DNA of 64,000 nucleotides from an uncultured Anaeroplasmataceae bacterium (GTDB lineage Bacteria; Bacillota_I; Bacilli_A; Acholeplasmatales; Anaeroplasmataceae): NCBI GenBank assembly GCA_910579215.1, contig CAJTTN010000006.1, positions 57,376 to 121,375 of the forward strand, read 5' to 3'. Shown piece by piece: positions 1 to 9,948 of this stretch (position 1 is its first letter; each line of letters starts with the position of its first letter). The notes under the pieces were generated by a model. It saw only the letters and a program-made list of their open reading frames with translations, ran no database searches and was not told where the DNA came from. The position numbers and the translations under genes were made by a program.

Positions 1-3000
1 TTAAATTCAGTTTCTATGAATAATAGCGTAATTGTATCTTTTAACTACGATAAGAAAAAGGGCTTGCTTACAGGACAAACATATGGGTCAGGAGGAACCT
101 ATAATTTTTCTTATAACTCTAAACAGCAAATTACTGATATTCGCTTTAATGGAATTTTGAAGTATCACTATAGCTATGATGTTAATGATCGATTGAAAGA
201 TATTAAGGATGGAACGGGAAATATAATAAAGGCTTATACATATGATAATGATGGACAAGTATTAAAGGCAGAGGAAAAAGAATCAGTTATAGAATATGAA
301 TATAATACGTTAGGAGAAATTAATCGTAAAAAGAGACTGTTAAATTCAAAAACGATCTATGAATCCTATGATAATATTTCTAGTTCTAAAGGTTTTAGTC
401 CAGATAATTTAATTGGATATTTACAGGGAGATACAGACTATTTAGGAACCATGTTTCTTGATTCTGCAGAGTTGAAAAATCCGTTGTATATACTAAGTGC
501 TATAAATTATAATACAAATAATAAAAGTAACCCTATATATATAAGAAAGAAAAAAGTACCATGTGTTCATTGTGGATTATTTAATCCTATGAGTTATAAT
601 CCTCCTATGAAAAATAATACAGAGGATTGTGGAAGTATAGGATTCTGGTTTTATCCTACAAATTTACCTTTGGGCAGTAATAAAAAGTATCTATTTAGTA
701 TAAAGAATAAAACATTGCCATGCTTTGTAGCAGCATATTTCAATAGTTCAGGAAAACTAGTTTTAGAGACTAAAGATTCAAATAATGTAATAGAAACAAG
801 AACTATAGATTCTATAATAAGATTAAATACCTGGAATTTTTTTGGTCTTAATTTCGCATATCGGATAGATGAAGTTGGTACCTCAGGTGGCTTTTCATTT
901 GAACTATACCATAATTCTAAATATTTAAAGGGAACTATAAGCAGAACTATACGTGTGGGATCTATAACTCCATACCACATTGGCTATCGTTTTGATGGAA
1001 CTAAGGGATATGATAGTTTAGAATGTCCTATTACAGCATTAGTGCTAGGAAGAAGATTTTATTTAAGTTCAAAGCAAATGCAAGATTTTTATAGTACAAC
1101 TAAAGATTATATCTTAGGAAATTCTTATTTAGATGAGGATAGTGTCAACTTTAGTTCTACAACCATATACAATCTATCTGAATCTATGTTGAATCAATTT
1201 GAAATATACCCACTACAAAATAATGTAACTTCTTTAAAAGGAAAGAAACCAGTAGTCTTTGATGCAAGAGTTGTAAGTTCTACAGATAAAGATAGGACAT
1301 TTAACTTTAATAATTTAAGTAAAAGATGTGCGTTTATGGCAGAGGGAAATCGATTAGAGTATGATCTAGCTATGAGTCAAACAGGAACCATACTTATGAG
1401 AGCCTTTATAAAGGAGACTATTGATAAGCAATATCTATTAGAATGTAAGGATAGTAAAGGATATACCATTGGATTATATAGAGAATATGATACCTACTTA
1501 AGTATAAAGGTTAATAGTTCAACGATTAAAACAAATTTAAAACTTCCAACAGACATATGGAATACAGTAGGAATATCCTTTACAGAGGGTTCCATATCTT
1601 CTTCGACAGGAGATCAAAAATATTTAACTGTTCGTGTATATTTAAATGGAAATACTTATACAAGTAATATTCAAATTAATACATCCTTTGAATCTTTAAT
1701 TTTATCAGTAGGACGTACAACTAAAAAGGTAAGCATTCAAACTGCAATGGGAACTTATGAAACTTGCTATCCTATGCTAGGTCAAATTGAAATGCTTTCA
1801 ACTCGTGCTGCTTACTGTGAAGTAGAAACATTAAATACGTTGGCTGATGAATTAAAATCAACATCATTCGTATCAGAATATGACGAATTAGGGTTACTAA
1901 ATAAAAGAGCAATAAAAAAAGATAATGAAGATGACGTGATGTCTATTAATTATGAATATAAAAAAAGGTGTACTCCTGAAAGTTATCCTGAAATAGAATG
2001 TTTTATACGAGATGTGGAGCAGCTTTTTGAAATTAAACCAAATGAAAGCTTTACCTTCCAGAAAAATGGGGTCTATATAGGCTATGTTCAAGATGTTCAA
2101 CTATTAAACCCTGATATATTTCATACAAAGGTTGTATGGGATATAAGTGAAGAAGCGCTTGATGATTTTGGAGAGGAAGGACAAACTCATTATTACCATA
2201 TGGACCAAGCCTTCATGTTTTTAGAAAACAATACATGGACAAATACTTCTCAATATAGTATGTTCTTAATAGATTTAGGCTATAGTTTTGGAGATATCTC
2301 CTATATTTCTACTGCTATTAGTAAGGAGACCTATGATACTTATGGTGGCTATCATACAGAACGAACATATAAAACAAATGCCTTAGGTCATATAGAGAGT
2401 ATACAAGATTCTACCTTTGGAAGTCATACCTACAGTTATAATGCACGAGGCTTTTTAACAAAAGAGGACTCTATAAATTATGAATATGATGCAAATGGTA
2501 ATATAACTAAAGTGGGGACAATAACATTTAAATATGACACAACCATCAAGGATAGATTGATACTAGTAAATGGGAAAGAAATATCCTATGGAACCAATTC
2601 ACTTAATCCAAATAGTTACGATGGAATTACTTATGAATGGGAGGGAAGAAGACTAGTAGGCTTATCCAAGCGAGGAGAAACTAAGCATGTATACACCTAT
2701 AATTCAAATGGTCTTAGAATAAGTAAAAGTATTACCAATGAAAATACAAATGAAACAAAAAGAACAAGCTTTTATTATGATGGGGATAAATTAATTACAG
2801 AGATTTCTCCTAATTATAGATTAGACTTCTTATATAATGAAAATGATCAATTATATGGACTTATTTATAATAATGAAAAAAAGTTTTACTACGTTAGAGA
2901 TTTCTTACAAAATATATTAGGCTTAGTAGATAGTGATGGTGAGCTTGTGGTAAAATATGGATATACGGCTTATGGTAAAATCACTTCTATTACAGACACG

Positions 3001-3729
3001 TCTGCTATATCAATAGGAACTTATAATCCATTTAGATATAAAGGATATTATTATGATATAGAAACTGAAATGTATTATTGTAGAAGTAGATATTATGTTC
3101 CAGAATGGTGCAGATGGTTGAACGCAGATAATATTAATTATCTTCAATTTCAAAGCATAAATGATATGAATTTATTTTGTTATTGTAAAAATTATCCTGT
3201 ATCTTTTAGCGATAAATGTGGAACCAATTGGTGGACAGATATTTGGGATTGGTTTTCTAATACTTTTGGACTATCTATTACCTCTAAGAAGGAATTTGAA
3301 ATTGAGTCACATTACTTCATTGTTTCAACCATAACAACAGGGACTGGATATTCTAAATCTTATAGTAATGGTAAACCTGTGAATCTTGCGGTTACTCTTC
3401 CGACAAAATGGTATAGATTTTGGGAATTTTCTGTTGGCATTGATATAAATGTAAATGGATATGGTGTAAGTATGGGATTAGGAGGAGAAGCATCTTTTGG
3501 AATACATGCGGGAAAATCAAATTTTGATATATCTTATAATGCTAAGGGACGATTTGGTTTTCAATATACTGTACAGGAGGAAAATGGATTATATTCCTTT
3601 ATAAAGGGTACTATAAATTATCCTGAAATTGTAGCAGCAGCTGCATTAGCAGTTTATGGTTTACCAATAATAGCACCAGCGCTACCTTCTATAGTTCCTG
3701 CATTAGGTGTCGTCTTAGCATTCTTATAA
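1..3729 (+). CDS. RHS/YD-repeat polymorphic toxin (WapA/Rhs-like), 5' end cut by the window edge; C-terminal ~200 aa variable toxin domain
   Basis: Reading frame open from nt 1; YD-type repeats (YDANGNITKV, YTYNSNGLRISK, FYYDGDKLI, YGYTAYGKITS); RHS-core end motif YYYDIETEMYYCRSRYYVPEWCRWLNAD, then an unrelated C-terminus ending in an Ala/Pro/Leu/Gly hydrophobic segment. Confidence 0.8.
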   Translation, partial: LNSVSMNNSVIVSFNYDKKKGLLTGQTYGSGGTYNFSYNSKQQITDIRFNGILKYHYSYDVNDRLKDIKDGTGNIIKAYTYDNDGQVLKAEEKESVIEYEYNTLGEINRKKRLLNSKTIYESYDNISSSKGFSPDNLIGYLQGDTDYLGTMFLDSAELKNPLYILSAINYNTNNKSNPIYIRKKKVPCVHCGLFNPMSYNPPMKNNTEDCGSIGFWFYPTNLPLGSNKKYLFSIKNKTLPCFVAAYFNSSGKLVLETKDSNNVIETRTIDSIIRLNTWNFFGLNFAYRIDEVGTSGGFSFELYHNSKYLKGTISRTIRVGSITPYHIGYRFDGTKGYDSLECPITALVLGRRFYLSSKQMQDFYSTTKDYILGNSYLDEDSVNFSSTTIYNLSESMLNQFEIYPLQNNVTSLKGKKPVVFDARVVSSTDKDRTFNFNNLSKRCAFMAEGNRLEYDLAMSQTGTILMRAFIKETIDKQYLLECKDSKGYTIGLYREYDTYLSIKVNSSTIKTNLKLPTDIWNTVGISFTEGSISSSTGDQKYLTVRVYLNGNTYTSNIQINTSFESLILSVGRTTKKVSIQTAMGTYETCYPMLGQIEMLSTRAAYCEVETLNTLADELKSTSFVSEYDELGLLNKRAIKKDNEDDVMSINYEYKKRCTPESYPEIECFIRDVEQLFEIKPNESFTFQKNGVYIGYVQDVQLLNPDIFHTKVVWDISEEALDDFGEEGQTHYYHMDQAFMFLENNTWTNTSQYSMFLIDLGYSFGDISYISTAISKETYDTYGGYHTERTYKTNALGHIESIQDSTFGSHTYSYNARGFLTKEDSINYEYDANGNITKVGTITFKYDTTIKDRLILVNGKEISYGTNSLNPNSYDGITYEWEGRRLVGLSKRGETKHVYTYNSNGLRISKSITNENTNETKRTSFYYDGDKLITEISPNYRLDFLYNENDQLYGLIYNNEKKFYYVRDFLQNILGLVDSDGELVVKYGYTAYGKITSITDTSAISIGTYNPFRYKGYYYDIETEMYYCRSRYYVPEWCRWLNADNINYLQFQSINDMNLFCYCKNYPVSFSDKCGTNWWTDIWDWFSNTFGLSITSKKEFEIESHYFIVSTITTGTGYSKSYSNGKPVNLAVTLPTKWYRFWEFSVGIDINVNGYGVSMGLGGEASFGIHAGKSNFDISYNAKGRFGFQYTVQEENGLYSFIKGTINYPEIVAAAALAVYGLPIIAPALPSIVPALGVVLAFL

Positions 3730-3778
3730 TTCTATATAAACAGCACTATATTAATTAGTAAATAGTTAAACTATTTCA

Positions 3779-3806
3779 GGGGCTGTTAAGAAACTAAAAA
3801 GTTTCT
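3779..3806. repeat. Terminal inverted repeat of IS element (IRL/IRR)
   Basis: 28/28 nt reverse-complement match with 5544-5571. Confidence 0.8.
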
Positions 3807-5478
3807 AGCAGCTTCTTTTTTTGTATTTATAAGACTTACGGAGAGATTCATTCACTCCTTTCTTTCGAGTTTTTTTAAAAATCTTATCATAGTCTATTTT
3901 TGGGATAGTTTCAGGTTTCAAATCTATAGGAGCAACCCAATAATCTGTTTTAGCTTTTCCCTCAATCAAAGAAAAGAGTTTTCTAATATTATAGCCAAGA
4001 CAAACCAGCATAAATTCTAAAGAAACGTTTTGAAGACCACGACGCCTAGTTCTATCATAAACCATATCTTGTTTAATAACACCAAAAGCCCCCTCTACTT
4101 GAGAACTCCGATTTACTCTCATCTCAATACCTTTGGGAGATAAAAGGTATTGAGTAACTTTCTTTTTGATTATAGAATAATCATAATTGACATCAAATAT
4201 ACGATAGTTTCTAATCACCTTGAGATTGGCTTGACAATACTTTTTTAATCTACAATAAGAACAAGATTGAATTACATATAAGAAAGATCCCTTGTGAGCA
4301 TATCTATTCTCAAAAAACCTAGTTTTAAGAGCCACTTTATGATTCATACAAATTAAATCTTCATTATCATTAAAGTAAAATAAATCATAAGTGTCACCAG
4401 AAACAACCTTAGCCCAATCAGCAAATTTTATATAGTTTTCAATGTTGTTATTTTGAAGGAAACTATAGTTTTTCAAAGAACCATACCCAGCATCACCACA
4501 AAGCCTTTTTGGGAAAAAGCCATATAATTGATAAAATTTTTGTAGAGTTGGAATTAAAGTATATTGATCTGTTCTATCGCAAGAGATATAAAAGGACAAA
4601 ATAATACCTTTAGAAACGATAATTTGGAAGTTATAAGCCGCATGAGTATTACTGCCTAGACCAGAATAGTAATCTTCTTTAAGACACATAGCAGTAGCAT
4701 CATGGTCAGTTTTAAAGTAAGAATTACGATTTGGACCACAAATTCTTTCTTTTTCTTCATAGTCTAAAAGTTTAATTAAATAAGTAGAAAGTAAAAGATA
4801 ATCAGAAACAATTTTAGGATTACGATGACCTCTACCAATCTTTATAGTATTGATATCTATATTTTGTTTTTTTAAAAGTTCTAGCATTAAAGAGACATAG
4901 GAGGCAACCTCTTTAGAAACGAAAGTAATTTTGTTTTCTGATAGAGGAAAGTATTGGATTAGAAGTAATTTAATTTTATCAAAGAGATTTATTTTAAAAG
5001 TGGTAGGTTTATATACAAATTTATATTTATTAGCATTGGCTTCAATTTTAGTACCATCAATGAAACAATCATCAAAACAGAAATTATACTTTAAGAGGAT
5101 GGTTTTAGTAATAGAGACAAAGATGGCTTCAAAGTGTTTAACAACTATGTTGTTAAGAAACTTAGAAATAGTAACATAGGAAGGGGTTTCTTGATTTAAT
5201 AGGTAAATAAATCTTAAATCAAATTTGATACTTTCCTCAATTTTTCTTAAACTACCTGAATGTTTTGAAAAGGCATAGATAATGGCAGCAAATAAACGAT
5301 ACGGATTATAGGAGTTTCTTCCTCCTAAACTTCTATCCTTATTAGTCTCTTTGTATATAATTTCACCCACACCAGATTCTTCTAATAATCTTAAAAAAGT
5401 ATCTATTTTTTCTCTTTCCCCTCGGTCTAGCTCAGCGGTAGGAAATAAATGGTCTTGAAAGACAGTAAAAAATGGCAT
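3805..5478 (-). CDS. IS1182/IS5-type DDE transposase
   Basis: 557 aa; motif DGTKIEANANKYKFVYKP typical of IS1182-family transposases; flanked by inverted repeats. Confidence 0.7.
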   Translation of the reverse strand: MPFFTVFQDHLFPTAELDRGEREKIDTFLRLLEESGVGEIIYKETNKDRSLGGRNSYNPYRLFAAIIYAFSKHSGSLRKIEESIKFDLRFIYLLNQETPSYVTISKFLNNIVVKHFEAIFVSITKTILLKYNFCFDDCFIDGTKIEANANKYKFVYKPTTFKINLFDKIKLLLIQYFPLSENKITFVSKEVASYVSLMLELLKKQNIDINTIKIGRGHRNPKIVSDYLLLSTYLIKLLDYEEKERICGPNRNSYFKTDHDATAMCLKEDYYSGLGSNTHAAYNFQIIVSKGIILSFYISCDRTDQYTLIPTLQKFYQLYGFFPKRLCGDAGYGSLKNYSFLQNNNIENYIKFADWAKVVSGDTYDLFYFNDNEDLICMNHKVALKTRFFENRYAHKGSFLYVIQSCSYCRLKKYCQANLKVIRNYRIFDVNYDYSIIKKKVTQYLLSPKGIEMRVNRSSQVEGAFGVIKQDMVYDRTRRRGLQNVSLEFMLVCLGYNIRKLFSLIEGKAKTDYWVAPIDLKPETIPKIDYDKIFKKTRKKGVNESLRKSYKYKKRSC

Positions 5479-5543
5479 GAAAAAACACCTCCAGATACTT
5501 TATTGTATCAAAAAGGTGCATTTTCTAACAAAATGAAGCTGTC

Positions 5544-5571
5544 AGAAACTTTTTAGTTTCTTAACAGCCCC
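5544..5571. repeat. Terminal inverted repeat of IS element
   Basis: Reverse complement of 3779-3806. Confidence 0.8.
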
Positions 5572-5602
5572 TTTTTTCTCTAAATGTAGGATTAATGTAT
5601 AT

Positions 5603-5644
5603 TGAAAAAAATAAAGAGGCCGATGAGCGTTACCAAGCCTCTTT
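5603..5644 (-). terminator. Rho-independent terminator downstream of rpmB
   Basis: Stem aaagaggc / gcctcttt followed by a T-run on the minus strand. Confidence 0.55.
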
Positions 5645-5688
5645 AAAACAAGAAAAGGGACAATTTGTCCCTCTTAATATTACTCATA

Positions 5689-5877
5689 TTAAGCTCTTTC
5701 TAGCTTGCAATTTTTTAATGCTCTAGCAGAAATTTTTACCTTCTTAACGTTACCGTTCTCATCCTTGATATGAACAGTTTGAAGGTTAGCCTTCCATGTA
5801 CGACGAGTAGCATTTAAAGCATGAGATCTCTTGTTTCCTGTTACTGTTGTTTTACCAGTGATATAACATTTAGCCAT
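5689..5877 (-). CDS. rpmB: 50S ribosomal protein L28
   Basis: [33 protein letters not shown]... is a classic L28; RBS ggagg upstream of the Met at 5877; the ORF-track start at 5916 is an upstream extension. Confidence 0.85.
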   Translation of the reverse strand: MAKCYITGKTTVTGNKRSHALNATRRTWKANLQTVHIKDENGNVKKVKISARALKNCKLERA

Positions 5878-6043
5878 AGTTCTATACCTCCTTATGACGT
5901 TAAAATAAAACTTCAAGCTTTATTAGTATACCTTAAATTAGTGAGAAAAGCAAGAACTTTTTAATTTTTTTACATTATTTATTTGACTTTTTGTTAAAAA
6001 ATTGGTATATTTTAAAAGTCATCGCCTATTAATGCATTTTTTG

Positions 6044-6072
6044 TTTACATTTATAGGTTTTAGTGCTATAAT
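6044..6072 (+). promoter_or_regulatory. Sigma-A-like promoter (tttaca-17-tataat) for the fakA/yloV operon, with a ~150-nt leader
   Basis: -35 tttaca at 6044-6049, -10 tataat at 6067-6072. Confidence 0.4.
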
Positions 6073-6227
6073 GTTAAATGAATTAAACATTTCGTTATAG
6101 TAGAGGTGAATTTTATCGAGTCGAATTGTGTAAATTTTTAATATTTTGGAAGAGTTTATTTGATTTTAATTACCCATAGCCAAGAGGCTATATACATATA
6201 CTTAATTTGATATTTAGGAGGATTACC

Positions 6228-7844
6228 ATGGCGGTAAGCAGTGTTAGCGTAGCTTTATTCAAGAAAATGGTAATGAATGGCGCTATTAATTTAAAGAATA
6301 ACCACAAAAAAGTGGATGAGTTAAATGTTTTCCCTGTGCCAGATGGAGATACTGGAACAAATATGTCGATGACAGTGATGTCAGGAGTACGTGAGATGGA
6401 TTCTTGCGTTTCCTCATCTATAATAGAAGTAGGTAAGGTTTTATCCCGTGGAGCATTAATGGGTGCTCGTGGAAACTCTGGAGTTATCTTATCTCAATTT
6501 TTCCGAGGAATATATGTTGGCATGCAGAAGTTGGAGCATAATTATTTATCTATAGAAGATTTAATGAATTGCTTAGAGTCTGGGTGCAAGGTTGCTTATA
6601 AGGCTGTAATGGAGCCAGTTGAGGGAACAATACTTACTGTAGTACGTGAGGCTGCAGAGCATACTAAGGAGCATTTGTCTGAATTTAAGACCGTAGAAGA
6701 TTTAATGAACTACTATGAAAATGAGGCAAAGAAATCTTTAGATAATACACCTAATCTATTACCAGTTTTAAAAGAGTCTGGTGTTGTTGATAGTGGTGGT
6801 GCTGGATTTTTAGAGATTATTAAGGGAATGATTATGGCTTTACGTGGTCAAATGCTTGAAGCTACTGATGGATCTCAAAAAACTGAAACAGAAAAGCCTG
6901 TAGAAGTAAAAAATATTTATTGTACAGAATTCTTTATTGAACTTAAGGATACCAAAAATTTTGATGAGAGTGCATTAAAATCTTCTTTATCATGCCTTGG
7001 AGAATCTTTGAATGTAGTTTTAGATGCTTCCGTTTGTAAAATACATTTACATACGGATCATCCTGGCTTAGTATTAGAGCAAGCCCTTAAACATGGAGAG
7101 CTTACAGATATAAAGATTGAAAATCAACGTGTAGGGCATACGCATCTAGAAAAAGGTGCTAAGGTTTTAGGTGCTATCCCAAAGAAGACCTTTGCTTTAG
7201 TAGCCGTTTGCTTTGGTGATGGAATTACACAAACCTTTCAGGATTTAGGTGTAGACTATGTGATTGAAGGGGGACAAACGATGAACCCTTCCACTGAAGC
7301 CTTTGTTGATGCATGTACGAAGGTAAATGCAGAGAATATTATTATAATTCCTAACAATGGGAATGTGATTATGGCAGCAAAACAAGCCTCTACAATGGTG
7401 AAGGAGTCAAAGGTAGCTGTACTTAATGCAAAGACGATAGCTCAAGGCTATGCATCTTTGATGGTTTTTGATTCAGAAGCTGATTTGGAAACAAATTTAG
7501 AGGCAATGAATGAAGCTGTTCAAAATGTAAAGACCGGCGAAATCACATATTCAGTTAGAGATACAGAAATTGGTGGAATTAAGATTCTAGCAGGGGATTT
7601 TATGGGTATTGCAAATGGAGAAATTGTAGTATCTACTAAACTTCAAGAAGATGCTCTAAAAGCACTTTTAGAGAAAATTATAGGCGAGGAAAGTCAAATT
7701 GTGACATTCTTTTGTGGAAAAGAAGCTTCTGAGGAAGAAAAAAGCTGTCTTGAGGAATTTTGCTTGGGTATAAATTCTGATATTGAAGTTGAAATTATTG
7801 ATGGGGAACAGGAGATTTATTCCTATATTATTGCTGTTGAATAA
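6228..7844 (+). CDS. fakA: DAK2-domain protein, YloV/FakA family (fatty acid kinase catalytic subunit)
   Basis: N-terminal DAK2 motif VFPVPDGDTGTNMSMT; 538 aa; conserved position between rpmB and recG as B. subtilis yloV; RBS aggagg before the ATG at 6228. Confidence 0.7.
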   Translation: MAVSSVSVALFKKMVMNGAINLKNNHKKVDELNVFPVPDGDTGTNMSMTVMSGVREMDSCVSSSIIEVGKVLSRGALMGARGNSGVILSQFFRGIYVGMQKLEHNYLSIEDLMNCLESGCKVAYKAVMEPVEGTILTVVREAAEHTKEHLSEFKTVEDLMNYYENEAKKSLDNTPNLLPVLKESGVVDSGGAGFLEIIKGMIMALRGQMLEATDGSQKTETEKPVEVKNIYCTEFFIELKDTKNFDESALKSSLSCLGESLNVVLDASVCKIHLHTDHPGLVLEQALKHGELTDIKIENQRVGHTHLEKGAKVLGAIPKKTFALVAVCFGDGITQTFQDLGVDYVIEGGQTMNPSTEAFVDACTKVNAENIIIIPNNGNVIMAAKQASTMVKESKVAVLNAKTIAQGYASLMVFDSEADLETNLEAMNEAVQNVKTGEITYSVRDTEIGGIKILAGDFMGIANGEIVVSTKLQEDALKALLEKIIGEESQIVTFFCGKEASEEEKSCLEEFCLGINSDIEVEIIDGEQEIYSYIIAVE

Positions 7845-7861
7845 TAATAGAAAATAGGCAA

Positions 7862-7888
7862 ATGGTTGGAGGAATCCAACCATTTTTG
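7862..7888 (+). terminator. Rho-independent terminator after fakA
   Basis: ggttgga-ggaa-tccaacc hairpin plus T-run. Confidence 0.5.
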
Positions 7889-7904
7889 TTAAGAAAAAGG
7901 AGAG

Positions 7905-9899
7905 ATGATTTTGGATCTAAAGGATATTAAAAAAATTGGACCAGTTACATTAGAGCGCTTAAATGCAAATCATATTTATACGCCTAAAGATCTCCTTTTA
8001 TATTTTCCTAGAAAATATAATTATTATCAGGTGGACAATTCTAATGCCTTTTGTGGAGAGGCTTTATGCTTTAAGGCAAGGGTTGCTTCTCGACCCATAT
8101 GGATAAAGACGCATAAAAATTCTAGGGCATTTGTTTTCTATATTTTTGTAAATGAACGAAAAATAAAATGTGTAATTTATTCTAGTGATTATCTTCGGTT
8201 TAAGCTTCAAATTGGATTAGACATAATTTGTTTTGGAAAATATAAGGAAAAGGAAAATGAATTTAGTCTAAGTACAGTTTTTTTTGAAGATTTTTCTAGT
8301 CGAATTGAGTTAGATTATGGAATATTAGATATAAAAAATAAGATGCTACAAAATGCAGTAAAAAATGTTTTAGATTCGGGATTTAGTTTAGAGGATGATT
8401 TACCTATACAATTTATTGAAAAATACAGGTTAGGCTCTTTAAATGAAATTGTAAAGCTAGCACATTTTCCAAGAAATGTGCAGGATTGTGAAAGAGTTAG
8501 AAGAAGAATCCGTTATGAGGATTTCTTTTGGTATACTCTTTCATTAGAGGCTTTAAAAAAGCTTAGAAATGAAGATATAAAGCAACCTAAAATAATTAAT
8601 GAAAGTCTAATTGAAGATACAATTTCAAGTTTACCTTTTGAACTTACCATTGATCAAAGAAATGTAATTCAAGATTGCTTGCGTGATTTAAAATCAAATA
8701 AAACTATGAATCGATTGATTCAAGGAGATGTAGGTTCAGGTAAAACTATAGTAGCTTTTATTACAGCACTTGCTGCTATTACTGCTGGGTATCAGGTAGC
8801 TATAATGGTTCCTACAGAAATTCTTGCTAAACAGCATTTATTAACGATTAAAAGACTTTTTCCATTCTTGGCTTCAGAATTACTCGTTTCTTCCTTGAAA
8901 CAAAAAGAAAAAGAGGATATTTTATTTCGACTATTGCATGGGAGAGTTTCCATCTTAATTGGCACACATGCATTATTAGAGAATAAAGTTATTTTTAAAA
9001 ATTTGGGGTTAGTAGTAATTGATGAACAGCATCGTTTTGGTGTAAGGCAACGTCAAACCTTATTAAAAAAACTTAAGGGAGTTGATGCTCTATATCTCAC
9101 TGCAACCCCTATTCCAAGAACTTTAGGCTTAACCTCATTTGGTGATTTAGACCTATCCCTCATTCATACTATGCCAAAGAATAGGAGACCAGTGGAAACA
9201 AAGGTAATTTCAATGGAGGATATCTCTACCTTAGCACTGACTTTAAGAAGACATTTGGCATGTGATGAGCAAATCTATGTAGTTGTTCCCTTAATTAAAG
9301 AGAGTGAAAGCTTAGATTTTATTGATATGAATAAGGCTATGGAAATATTTGAACAGCTTTTACCAGAGGCAAAATTAGGAGTTCTCCATGGCAAAATGAA
9401 AGCAAACGAAAAAGATGAAATTATGTCTTCCTTTAAATCAGGTAAAATAGAATGTCTTTTATCTACAACGGTGATAGAGGTGGGAGTTGATGTTTCTAAT
9501 GCTACAGTAATGGTCATATTAGATGCAGAGCGATATGGACTATCTCAAATTCATCAGCTTCGTGGACGTGTTGGTAGAGGGGAAATTCAATCCTATTGTT
9601 ATCTAGTAACTACAAAAGCTTATGTGCAACGCCTAGATATTTTATCTAAAATTCAAGATGGATTTACACTTGCAGAAGAGGATTTCAAGCTGCGTGGACC
9701 AGGAGATTATTTGGGTGAAGAACAGTCAGGATTTATGAGTTTAAATTTTGATTATGAATCCAATGATGCGATTATTTGGAAATGTGCCTTAGAGGATAGC
9801 AGAGCCTATTTAGAGGAATATGGAAAGGATTTCCATAAAAATCAAAGAGTTGAAGATATTTTCAATCAGATTTCTTATAAAAAAAATAAAATAAACTAG
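7905..9899 (+). CDS. recG: ATP-dependent DNA helicase RecG
   Basis: Walker A GDVGSGKT; DEQH box VIDEQHRFGV; 664 aa; synteny fakA–recG–plsX. Confidence 0.85.
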   Translation: MILDLKDIKKIGPVTLERLNANHIYTPKDLLLYFPRKYNYYQVDNSNAFCGEALCFKARVASRPIWIKTHKNSRAFVFYIFVNERKIKCVIYSSDYLRFKLQIGLDIICFGKYKEKENEFSLSTVFFEDFSSRIELDYGILDIKNKMLQNAVKNVLDSGFSLEDDLPIQFIEKYRLGSLNEIVKLAHFPRNVQDCERVRRRIRYEDFFWYTLSLEALKKLRNEDIKQPKIINESLIEDTISSLPFELTIDQRNVIQDCLRDLKSNKTMNRLIQGDVGSGKTIVAFITALAAITAGYQVAIMVPTEILAKQHLLTIKRLFPFLASELLVSSLKQKEKEDILFRLLHGRVSILIGTHALLENKVIFKNLGLVVIDEQHRFGVRQRQTLLKKLKGVDALYLTATPIPRTLGLTSFGDLDLSLIHTMPKNRRPVETKVISMEDISTLALTLRRHLACDEQIYVVVPLIKESESLDFIDMNKAMEIFEQLLPEAKLGVLHGKMKANEKDEIMSSFKSGKIECLLSTTVIEVGVDVSNATVMVILDAERYGLSQIHQLRGRVGRGEIQSYCYLVTTKAYVQRLDILSKIQDGFTLAEEDFKLRGPGDYLGEEQSGFMSLNFDYESNDAIIWKCALEDSRAYLEEYGKDFHKNQRVEDIFNQISYKKNKIN

Positions 9900-9948
9900 T
9901 TTTTATTTGGGTAAAATGCTAAAATTATAATTAAGTTGGAGGAATTTT

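Larger units (their letters stand above)
3779..5571 (-). mobile_element. IS1182-family-like insertion sequence (one transposase ORF between 28-bp perfect terminal inverted repeats)
   Basis: ggggctgttaagaaactaaaaagtttct at 3779-3806 and its exact reverse complement at 5544-5571 bracket a 557-aa DDE transposase ORF. Confidence 0.75.

Noticed and set aside
651-2100. Minus-strand ORFs 651..980 and 1897..2100 inside the RHS gene
   Set aside because: They are fully embedded antisense to a long, well-supported CDS and have low-complexity translations. Spurious ORFs of this kind are expected in AT-rich sequence.
4931-5179. Plus-strand 82-aa ORF inside the transposase gene
   Set aside because: It lies antisense within the IS transposase and has neither an RBS nor a motif.
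5572-5688. Remnant immunity gene between the IS and rpmB
   Set aside because: No ORF of meaningful length exists there, and the region is taken up by the rpmB terminator.
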